DNA of 57,188 nucleotides, taken from Tubiluchus corallicola (taxonomy: Eukaryota; Animalia; Priapulida). The notes below the pieces were generated by a model, which made no database searches, was not told where the DNA came from, and saw only the letters and a program-made list of their open reading frames with translations. A program made the position numbers and the translations under genes. The stretch covers positions 1 through 57,188 of the forward strand of contig JAQGDQ010001179.1 in assembly GCA_030141605.1 (NCBI GenBank), read 5' to 3'. Below, piece after piece: positions 38,483-48,816 of the stretch (its first letter is position 1; each line of letters starts with the position of its first letter).

Positions 38483-38601
38483 GTGTACGGCCATATCACG
38501 CTGAAAACACCGGTTCTCGTCTGATCACCGAAGTTAAGCAGCGTAGAGCCTGGTTAGTACTTGGATGGGTGACCGCCTGGGAATACCAGGTGCTGTAGGC
38601 T
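38483..38601 (+). rRNA. 5S rRNA copy 1 (C3>G variant, GTGTAC start)
   Basis: 119-nt eukaryotic 5S with A box (AGTTAAGC), C box (TGGATGGGTGACC) and T5 terminator. Confidence 0.97.
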
Positions 38602-39104
38602 TTTTGTATTCCTTCTGTTAAATTGATGTTTTTGCTGTTTATTGTAAATAACCAAGGGAATAAATTTAAGTATTAATAATTTAACAAGTATTAATTAGTT
38701 AATAATTTAAAACTTTCCTTTTCTATTTACTGACACTAGTTTTATAAATATGTAGATTTACACATAGAATTAATTTGCTTGCTTACTGCGAAAATCATCA
38801 CTGTTATCATCATCAAAATCATCGTCATCATTATCGTCATCAAAATTGTGCAAAAATTTGTGTAGGTAAGATTAAATATTTACTTCATCATGTTTTCCAA
38901 ATACCCGAAAGTTTATATCATTATAAAGTTTATGGCAATCCTTTTGCTTGTCTCTTTAAATGAAACGGTTGGTGATTTTAATCTGCTGATGACAATTACC
39001 ATTTTACCAAATATGGTGTAGATACGTGGTATGTTAACTTTAGCACATCACATTATTTTAAACCAAACATTTCCCATATAAACCCGTTTAAACAAAATTG
39101 AAAT

Positions 39105-39223
39105 GTCTACGGCCATATCACGCTGAAAACACCGGTTCTCGTCTGATCACCGAAGTTAAGCAACGTAGAGCCTGGTTAGTACTTGGATGGGTGACCGCCT
39201 GGGAATACCAGGTGCTGTAGGCT
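39105..39223 (+). rRNA. 5S rRNA copy 2
   Basis: Full 5S with T5 terminator; C19/A59. Confidence 0.97.
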
Positions 39224-39288
39224 TTTTCTTGCGACTATTTGATTTTTGTTATCACTGAATGATGCTGCTCAGTTATCAATCGAGCACT

Positions 39289-39336
39289 GGCCATATGATG
39301 TTGAAAATACCGACTCTTGTTTGATCACCTAAATTA
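39289..39336 (+). pseudogene. Degenerate 5S 5'-fragment in the B-type spacer (also ~41779, ~43354, ~46682)
   Basis: ggccatatgatgttgaaaataccgactcttgtttgatcacctaaatta aligns without gaps to 5S nt 7-54. Confidence 0.85.
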
Positions 39337-40057
39337 TTACTTTTTGACTTGTTGTTTTAAAACTTTTATGTCTTAGAACAAATCTACGGGAGTGGTAAAT
39401 TTTTTGCTGTTTATAGACAAATGTCTCAAGTATTAGTGTGGTAATTTTCAAACGACTGAATTATTTTCTTCTGATAATAGCGTGATCAAAACTTCGGCAC
39501 ATTTTTTTGCACCACCTGGTACAATTTATAATCATGCAGAACACTGATCCGTCTGCATGATGGAAAACAATTTTACGACAATAAAGCCTGACTGAAACAA
39601 TAGTGAAAATTAATGTAATTATGTAAGCTATTGTTGTTATATGCACAATTTGCTAAATTACCTACGCAAACGTAATTTTTTTACGAACAAACAAGTTTAT
39701 CAAATAGAATAACGGATCTAGATCTGCCCCAAAATTGCTTCACGTAAGCTTTGCCCCTCTGACAATTTAATTCATGGAACTTTATTGAACACTGTTATCT
39801 TTGCGTTGTCCTGCTAGTAAACATACAAGCAAACAAACAAATAGTCTTTTAATGACGGTATTAAAGCTAAGAACACCCAGCATAAACGCCAAAGTAATGA
39901 AAGTATGACACTAAAAGTACAGGACCAGCTACTGTATAACATACGCTACGTGATCACGTGACAGCTGAATAACCAATCATCTTCCTTGTGCGATGTTGAG
40001 CGTCACGCTGTTGAATCAGAGCTCTGCTATGTAAGCCCGGTACAAGATAAGTGGAAT

Positions 40058-40176
40058 GTCTACGGCTATATCACGTTGAAAACACCGGTTCTCGTCTGAT
40101 CACCGAAGTTAAGCAGCGTAGAGCCTGGTTAGTACTTGGATGGGTGACCGCCTGGGAATACCAGGTGCTGTAGGCT
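40058..40176 (+). rRNA. 5S rRNA copy 3
   Basis: Full 5S; C10>T; T19/G59. Confidence 0.97.
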
Positions 40177-40464
40177 TTTTGTATTCCTTCTTTTAATTTA
40201 ATGTTTTGCTGTTTATTGTAAATAACCAAGGGAATAAATTTGAGTATTAATAATAATAAGTTAATAATTTAAAACTTTGCTTTTCTGTTTACTGACACTA
40301 GTCTTATAAATATGTAGATTTACACATAGAATTAATTTGCTTGCTTACTGCAAAAATCATCACTGTTATCATCATCAAAATCATCGTCATCTGTTAACTT
40401 TAGCACATCACATTATTTTAAACCAAACATTTCCCATATAAACCCGTTTAAACAAAATTGAAAT

Positions 40465-40583
40465 GTCTACGGCCATATCACGTTGAAAACACCGGTTCTC
40501 GTCTGATCACCGAAGTTAAGCAACGTAGAGCCTGGTTAGTACTTGGATGGGTGACCGCCTGGGAATACCAGGTGCTGTAGGCT
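40465..40583 (+). rRNA. 5S rRNA copy 4
   Basis: Full 5S; T19/A59. Confidence 0.97.
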
Positions 40584-41594
40584 TTTTGTATTCCATCTTT
40601 TAATTTAATGTTTTTGCTGTTTATTGTATATAACCAAGGGAATAAATTTAAGTATTAATAATTTAACAAGTATTAATAAGTTAATAATTTAACACTTTCC
40701 TTTTCTGTTTACTGACACTAGTTTCTATAAATATGTAGATTTACACGTAGAATAAATTTGCTTGCTTACTGCAAAAATCATCACTGTTATCATCATCAAA
40801 ATCATCATCATCGTTATCGTCATCAAAATTGTGCAAACATTTGTGTAGGTAAGATCAAATATTTACTTCATCATGTTTTACAAATACCCGAAAGTTTATC
40901 CCATTATAAAGTTTATGGCAATCTTTTTGCTTGTCTCTTTAAATGAAACGGTTGGTGATTTTAAACTGCTGATGACAATTACCGTTTTACCAAATATGGT
41001 GTGATTTGTGGTATAATAGCAGGAAATGAAGAATTTTATCAAGATTAAATTCCCTATTTCACATCCTGTCCGTGGCATCTTGACTTAATTTTATAATAAT
41101 TTTGCGAAGTTGTTACATCGTCAGTGAGCATGTGGGCTTATGTTATTATCAGTTTTCTAACGTTTTAGAACCTTTTATAAAGTATTTGTGGTGTGTTGAG
41201 GCTAATGTAGATTCTCATTAAAGAGGAACAAACTTTGCTCCTCTTGGGAAGTTGTTACATCGTCAGTGAGCATGTGGGCTTGTCACGTGAGGGTTGTAAT
41301 TAAGACGCGTTGCTGTGGTACACTTAACCTTTGACCTACAGCAACTGCGCATGCGCATAATGAACCTACGAAAGGGCTTATTAACTACCCTCGTACGTAG
41401 ACGGGTAACCAGTCACTTTTCAATAAACTTTGATATGAGTACAGGGTAACAGAACTGGTAGCAGCACTTGACTAGAAGTGATGGTGTCACGTGCCTGAAA
41501 GTTAGCCAATCACGTTGCTTATGTTAATTTTAGCACGTCACATTATTTTAAATCAAACATTTCCCATATAAACCCGTTTAAACAAAATTCAAAT

Positions 41595-41713
41595 GTCTAC
41601 GGCCATATCACGCTGAAAACACCGGTTCTCGTCTGATCACCGAAGTTAAGCAGCGTAGAGCCTGGTTAGTACTTGGATGGGTGACCGCCTGGGAATACCA
41701 GGTGCTGTAGGCT
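41595..41713 (+). rRNA. 5S rRNA copy 5
   Basis: Full 5S; C19/G59. Confidence 0.97.
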
Positions 41714-42547
41714 TTTTCTTGCGACTATTTGATTTTTGTTAGCACTGAATGATGCTGCTCAGTTATCAATCGAGCACTGGCCATATGATGTTGAAAATAC
41801 CGACTCTTGTTTGATCACCTAAATTATTACTTTTTGACTTGTTGTTTTAAAACTTTTATATCTTTGAACAAATCTAAGGGAATGACTTCAAATTTTTGGT
41901 GTTTATAGACAAATGTCTCAAGTATTAGTGTGGTAATTTTCAAACGACTGAATTATTTTCTTCTCATAATAGCGTGATCAAAACTTCGGCACATTTTTTG
42001 CACCACCTGGTACAATTTATAATCATGCAGAACACTGATCCGTCTGCATGATGGAAAACAATTTTACGACAATAAAGCCTGACTGAAACAATAGTGAAAA
42101 TTAATGTAATTATGTAAGCTATTGTTGTTATATGCACAATTTGCTAAATTACCTACGCAAACGTAATTTTTTTACGAACAAACAAGTTTATCAAATAGAA
42201 TAACGGATCTAGATCTGCCCCAAAATTGCTTCACGTAAGCTTTGCCCCTCTGACAATTTAATTCATGGAACTTTATTGAACACTGTTATCTTTGCGTTTT
42301 CCTGCTAGTAAACATACAAGCAAACAAACAAATAGTCTTTTAATGACGGTATTAAAGCTAAGAACACCCAGCATAAACGCCAAAGTAATGAAAGTATGAC
42401 ACTAAAAGTACAGGACCAGCTACTGTATAACACACGCTACGTGATCACGTGACTGCTGAATAACCAATCATCTCCTTTGCGCGATGTTGAGCGTCACGCT
42501 GTTGAATCGACCTCTGCTATGTAAGCCAGGTACAAGATAAGTGGAAT

Positions 42548-42666
42548 GTCTACGGCCATATCACGTTGAAAACACCGGTTCTCGTCTGATCACCGTAGTT
42601 AAGCAGTGTAGAGCCTGGTTAGTACTTGGATGGGTGACCGCCTGGGAATACCAGGTGCTGTAGGCT
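42548..42666 (+). rRNA. 5S rRNA copy 6
   Basis: Full 5S; A49>T and C60>T variants. Confidence 0.96.
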
Positions 42667-43169
42667 TTTTGTATTCCTTCTGTTAAATTGATGTTTTTGC
42701 TGTTTATTGTAAATAACCAAGGGAATAAATTTAAGTATTAATAATTTAACAAGTATTAATTAGTTAATAATTTAAAACTTTCCTTTTCTATTTACTGACA
42801 CTAGTTTTATAAATATGTAGATTTACACATAGAATTAATTTGCTTGCTTACTGCGAAAATCATCACTGTTATCATCATCAAAATCATCGTCATCATTATC
42901 GTCATCAAAATTGTGCAAAAATTTGTGTAGGTAAGATTAAATATTTACTTCATCATGTTTTCCAAATACCCGAAAGTTTATATCATTATAAAGTTTATGG
43001 CAATCCTTTTGCTTGTCTCTTTAAATGAAACGGTTGGTGATTTTAATCTGCTGATGACAATTACCATTTTACCAAATATGGTGTAGATACGTGGTATGTT
43101 AACTTTAGCACATCACATTATTTTAAACCAAACATTTCCCATATAAACCCGTTTAAACAAAATTGAAAT

Positions 43170-43288
43170 GTCTACGGCCATATCACGCTGAAAACACCGG
43201 TTCTCGTCTGATCACCGAAGTTAAGCAACGTAGAGCCTGGTTAGTACTTGGATGGGCGACCGCCTGGGAATACCAGGTGCTGTAGGCT
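43170..43288 (+). rRNA. 5S rRNA copy 7
   Basis: Full 5S; C19/A59; T88>C. Confidence 0.96.
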
Positions 43289-44121
43289 TTTTCTTGCGAC
43301 TATTTGATTTTTGTTATCACTGAATGATGCTGCTCAGTTATCAATCGAGCACTGGCCATATGATGTTGAAAATACCGACTCTTGTTTGATCACCTAAATT
43401 ATTACTTTTTGACTTGTTGTTTTAAAACTTTTATGTCTTAGAACAAATCTACGGGAGTGGTAAATTTTTTGCTGTTTATAGACAAATGTCTCAAGTATTA
43501 GTGTGGTAATTTTCAAACGACTGAATTATTTTCTTCTCATAATAGCGTGATCAAAACTTCGGCACATTTTTTGCACCACCTGGTACAATTTATAATCATG
43601 CAGAACACTGATCCGTCTGCATGATGGAAAACAATTTTACGACAATAAAGCCTGACTGAAACAATAGTGAAAATTAATGTAATTATGTAAGCTATTGTTG
43701 TTATATGCACAATTTGCTAAATTACCTACGCAAACGTAATTTTTTTACGAACAAACAAGTTTATCAAATAGAATAACGGATCTAGATCTGCCCCAAAATT
43801 GCTTCACGTAAGCTTTGCCCCTCTGACAATTTAATTCATGGAACTTTATTGAACACTGTTATCTTTGCGTTGTCCTGCTAGTAAACATACAAGCAAACAA
43901 ACAAATAGTCTTTTAATGACGGTATTAAAGCTAAGAACACCCAGCATAAACGCCAAAGTAATGAAAGTATGACACTAAAAGTACAGGACCAGCTACTGTA
44001 TAACATACGCTGCGTGATCACGTGACTGCTGAATAACCAATCATCTTCCTTGTGCGATGTTGAGCGTCACGCTGTTGAATCAGAGCTCTGCTATGTAAAC
44101 CCGTTATACGATACATTAAGC

Positions 44122-44240
44122 GTCTACGGCCATATCACGTTGAAAACACCGGTTCTCGTCTGATCACCGAAGTTAAGCAGCGTAGAGCCTGGTTAGTACT
44201 TGGATGGGTGACCGCCTGGGAATACCAGGTGCTGTAGGCT
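44122..44240 (+). rRNA. 5S rRNA copy 8
   Basis: Full 5S with a unique immediate 5' flank (ccgttatacgatacattaagc). Confidence 0.97.
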
Positions 44241-44743
44241 TTTTGTATTCCTTCTGTTAAATTGATGTTTTTGCTGTTTATTGTAAATAACCAAGGGAAT
44301 AAATTTGAGTATTAATAATAATAAGTTAATAATTTAAAATTTTGCTTTGCTTTTCTGTTTACTGACACTAGTTTTATGAATATGTAGATTGACACGTAGA
44401 ATTAATTTGCTTGCTTACTGCAAAAATCATCACTGTTATCATCATCAAAATCATCGTCATCGTTATCGTGTATCGTCATCAAAATTGTCCAAACATTTGT
44501 GTAGGTAAGATCAAATATTTACTTCATCATGTTTTCCAAATACCCGAAAGTTTATCCCATTATAAAGTTTATGGCAACACTTTTGCTTGTGTCTTTAAAT
44601 GAAACGGTTGGTGATTTTAATCTGCTGATGACAATTACCATTTTACCAAATATGGTGTAGATACGTGGTATGTTAACTTTAGCACATCACATTATTTTAA
44701 ACCAAACATTTCCCATATAAACCCGTTTAAACAAAATTGAAAT

Positions 44744-44862
44744 GTCTACGGCCATATCACGCTGAAAACACCGGTTCTCGTCTGATCACCGAAGTTAAGC
44801 AGCGTAGAGCCTGGTTAGTACTTGGATGGGTGACCGCCTGGGAATACCAGGTGCTGTAGGCT
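44744..44862 (+). rRNA. 5S rRNA copy 9
   Basis: Full 5S; C19/G59. Confidence 0.97.
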
Positions 44863-45875
44863 TTTTGTATTCCATCTTTTAATTTAATGTTTTTGCTGTT
44901 TATTGTATATAACCAAGGGAATAAATTTAAGTATTAATAATTTAACAAGTATTAATGAGTTAATAATTTAAAACTTGACCTTTCTGTTTACTGACACTAG
45001 TTTTATAAATATGTAGATTTACACATAGAATTAATTTGCTTGCTTACTGCAAAAATCATCACTGTTATCATCATCAAAATCATCTTCATCATTATCGTCA
45101 TCAAAATTGTGCAAAAATTTGTGTAGGTAGGATCAAATATTTACTTCATCATGTTTTCCAAATACCCGAAAGTTTATCCCATTATAAAGTTTATGGCAAT
45201 CCTTTTGCTTGTTTCTTTAAATGAAACGGTTGGTGATTTTAATCTGCTGACAATTACCATTTTACCAAATATGGTGTGATACGTGGTATAATAGCAGGAA
45301 ATAAAGAATTTTATCAAGATTAATTTCCCTATTTCACGTCCTGTCCGTGGCATCTTGACTTAATTTTATAATAATTTTGGGAAGTTGTTGCATCGTCAGT
45401 GAGCATGTGGGCTTATGTTATTATTACATCTCTAATGCTTTAGAAACTTTTACAAAGTGTTTGTGGTGTGTTGAGGCTAATGTAGATTTTCATTGAAGAG
45501 GAACAAACTTTGCTCCTCTTGGGAAGTTGGGAAGTTGTTGCATCGTCAGTGAGCATGTGGGCTTGTCACGTGAGGGCTGTAATTAAGACGCGCTGCTGTG
45601 GTACACAAACTTTGACCTACAGCAACTGCGCGTGCGCATAGTGAAACTATGAAAGGGCTTATTAATAACCCTCATACGTAGACGGGTAACCAGTCACTTT
45701 TCAATAAACTCTGATATGAGTACGTGGTAACAGAACTGGTAGCAGCACTTGACTAGAAGTGATGGTGTCACGTGCCTGAAAGTTAGCCAATCACGTTGCT
45801 TATGTTAACTTTAGCACATCACATTATTTTAAATTAAACATTTCCCATATAAACCCGTTTAAACAAAATTTAAAT

Positions 45876-45994
45876 GTCTACGGCCATATCACGCTGAAAA
45901 CACCGGTTCTCGTCTGATCACCGAAGTTAAGCAGCGTAGAGCCTGGTTAGTACTTGGATGGGTGACCGCCTGGGAATACCAGGTGCTGTAGGCT
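45876..45994 (+). rRNA. 5S rRNA copy 10
   Basis: Full 5S; C19/G59. Confidence 0.97.
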
Positions 45995-46528
45995 TTTTGT
46001 ATTCCTTCTGTTAAATTGATGTTTTTGCTGTTTATTGTAAATAACCAAGGGAATAAATTTAAGTATTAATAATTTAACAAGTATTAATTAGTTAATAATT
46101 TAAAACTTTCCTTTTCTATTTACTGACACTAGTTTTATAAATATGTAGATTTACACATAGAATTAATTTGCTTGCTTACTGCGAAAATCATCACTGTTAT
46201 CATCATCAAAATCATCGTCATCATTATCGTCATCAAAATTGTGCAAAAATTAAGTCAAGATGCCACGGACAGGACGTGAAATAGGGAAATAAATCTTGAT
46301 AAAATTCTTTATTTCCTGCTATTATACCACGTATCACACCATATTTGGTAAAATGGTAATTGTCAGCAGATTAAAATCACCAACCGTTTCATTTAAAGAA
46401 ACAAGCAAAAGGATTGCCATAAACTTTATAATGGGATAAACTTTCGGGTATTTGGAAAACATGATGAAGTAAATATTTGATCCTACCTACACAAATTTTT
46501 GCACAATTTTGATGACGATAATGATGAA

Positions 46529-46616
46529 TTCTCGTCTGATCACCGAAGTTAAGCATCGTAGAGCCTGGTTAGTACTTGGATGGGCGACCGCCTGGGAATA
46601 CCAGGTGCTGTAGGCT
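46529..46616 (+). pseudogene. 5'-truncated 5S rRNA, copy 11 (nt 32-119), at the rearrangement junction
   Basis: Begins abruptly at TTCTCGTCTGATC after inverted spacer sequence. Keeps the internal control region and terminator. Confidence 0.93.
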
Positions 46617-46943
46617 TTTTCTTGCGACTATTTGATTTTTGTTATCACTGAATGATGCTGCTCAGTTATCAATCGAGCACTGGCCATATGATGTTGAAAA
46701 TACCGACTCTTGTTTGATCACCTAAATTATTACTTTTTGACTTGTTGTTTTAAAACTTTTATGTCTATGAACAAATCTACGGGAGTGGTAAATTTTTTTT
46801 TGGTGTTTATAGGCAAACGTCTCAAGTATTAGTGTGGTAATTTTCCGAGCGAGTCGGTATTTTCAACATCATATGGCCAGTGCTCGATTGATAACTGAGC
46901 AGCATCATTCAGTGATAACAAAAATCAAATAGTCGCAAGAAAA

Positions 46944-47062
46944 AGCCTACAGCACCTGGTATTCCCAGGCGGTCACCCATCCAAGTACTAACCAGGCTCT
47001 ACGTTGCTTAACTTCGGTGATCAGACGAGAACCGGTGTTTTCAGCGTGATATGGCCGTAGAC
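46944..47062 (-). rRNA. 5S rRNA copy 12 (mirror of copy 2)
   Basis: Reverse-complement full 5S; C19/A59. Confidence 0.97.
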
Positions 47063-47565
47063 ATTTCAATTTTGTTTAAACGGGTTTATATGGGAAATGT
47101 TTGGTTTAAAATAATGTGATGTGCTAAAGTTAACATACCACGTATCTACACCATATTTGGTAAAATGGTAATTGTCATCAGCAGATTAAAATCACCAACC
47201 GTTTCATTTAAAGAGACAAGCAAAAGGATTGCCATAAACTTTATAATGATATAAACTTTCGGGTATTTGGAAAACATGATGAAGTAAATATTTAATCTTA
47301 CCTACACAAATTTTTGCACAATTTTGATGACGATAATGATGACGATGATTTTGATGATGATAACAGTGATGATTTTCGCAGTAAGCAAGCAAATTAATTC
47401 TATGTGTAAATCTACATATTTATAAAACTAGTGTCAGTAAATAGAAAAGGAAAGTTTTAAATTATTAACTAATTAATACTTGTTAAATTATTAATACTTA
47501 AATTTATTCCCTTGGTTATTTACAATAAACAGCAAAAACATCAATTTAACAGAAGGAATACAAAA

Positions 47566-47684
47566 AGCCTACAGCACCTGGTATTCCCAGGCGGTCACCC
47601 ATCCAAGTACTAACCAGGCTCTACGCTGCTTAACTTCGGTGATCAGACGAGAACCGGTGTTTTCAGCGTGATATGGCCGTACAC
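47566..47684 (-). rRNA. 5S rRNA copy 13 (mirror of copy 1)
   Basis: Reverse-complement full 5S sharing the rare GTGTAC start with copy 1. Confidence 0.97.
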
Positions 47685-48697
47685 ATTTAAATTTTGTTTA
47701 AACGGGTTTATATGGGAAATGTTTAATTTAAAATAATGTGATGTGCTAAAGTTAACATAAGCAACGTGATTGGCTAACTTTCAGGCACGTGACACCATCA
47801 CTTCTAGTCAAGTGCTGCTACCAGTTCTGTTACCACGTACTCATATCAGAGTTTATTGAAAAGTGACTGGTTACCCGTCTACGTATGAGGGTTATTAATA
47901 AGCCCTTTCATAGTTTCACTATGCGCACGCGCAGTTGCTGTAGGTCAAAGTTTATGTGTACCACAGCAGCGCGTCTTAATTACAGCCCTCACGTGACAAG
48001 CCCACATGCTCACTGACGATGCAACAACTTCCCAACTTCCCAAGAGGAGCAAAGTTTGTTCCTCTTCAATGAAAATCTACATTAGCCTCAACACACCACA
48101 AACACTTTGTAAAAGTTTCTAAAGCATTAGAGATGTAATAATAACATAAGCCCACATGCTCACTGACGATGCAACAACTTCCCAAAATTATTATAAAATT
48201 AAGTCAAGATGCCACGGACAGGACGTGAAATAGGGAAATTAATCTTGGTAAAATTCTTTATTTCCAGCTATTATACCACGTATCACACCATATTTGGTAA
48301 AATGGTAATTGTCATCAGCAGTTTAAAATCACCAACCGTTTCATTTAAAGACACAAGCAAAAGTGTTGCCATAAACTTTATAATGGGATAAACTTTCGGG
48401 TATTTGGAAAACATGATGAAGTAAATATTTGATCTTACCTACACAAATGTTTGGACAATTTTGATGACGATACACGATAACGATGACGATGATTTTGATG
48501 ATGATAACAGTGATGATTTTTGCAGTAAGCAAGCAAATTAATTCTATGTGTAAATCTACATATTTATAAGACTAGTGTCAGTAAACAGAAAAGCAAAGTT
48601 TTAAATTATTAACTTATTATTATTAATACTCAAATTTATTCCCTTGGTTATTTACAATAAACAGCAAAAACATCAATTTAACAGAAGGAATACAAAA

Positions 48698-48816
48698 AGC
48701 CTACAGCACCTGGTATTCCCAGGCGGTCACCCATCCAAGTACTAACCAGGCTCTATGCTGCTTAACTTCGGTGATCAGACGAGAACCGGTGTTTTCAACG
48801 TGATATGGCCGTAGAC
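48698..48816 (-). rRNA. 5S rRNA copy 14 (no counterpart in the left arm)
   Basis: Reverse-complement full 5S; G61>A. Confidence 0.96.

Larger units (their letters stand above)
28957..39316. repeat. Left arm of large inverted duplication (true start may lie further left; the visible match is limited by the window end)
   Basis: Reverse complement of 46851-57188. ORF pairs mirror each other (e.g. 34887-35255+ / 50875-51243-), with coordinate sums ~86130-86167. Confidence 0.97.

Noticed and set aside
38775-38963. Recurrent 62-aa His-rich ORF in 5S A spacers, as a possible linked peptide gene
   Set aside because: Starts at TTG, derives from (CAT)n low-complexity sequence, is frameshifted in some copies (44411, 48341) and deleted in the 407-bp unit.
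40584-41594. Linked SL RNA or U snRNA in the 5S spacers (AGGTAAG, AATTTTGG and AATTTGTG Sm-like strings; GAGGAACAA hairpin)
   Set aside because: No U1/U2/U5/U6 hallmark sequences (e.g. ATACTTACCTG, GCCTTTTAC) and no coherent SL donor-to-Sm layout; the Sm-like string is mutated in one copy. An Rfam cmscan would settle it.
38483-46616. Repeat-spacer pattern as a CRISPR array
   Set aside because: The repeats are 119-nt 5S genes, the spacers are long and themselves repeated, the context is eukaryotic, and there are no cas genes.
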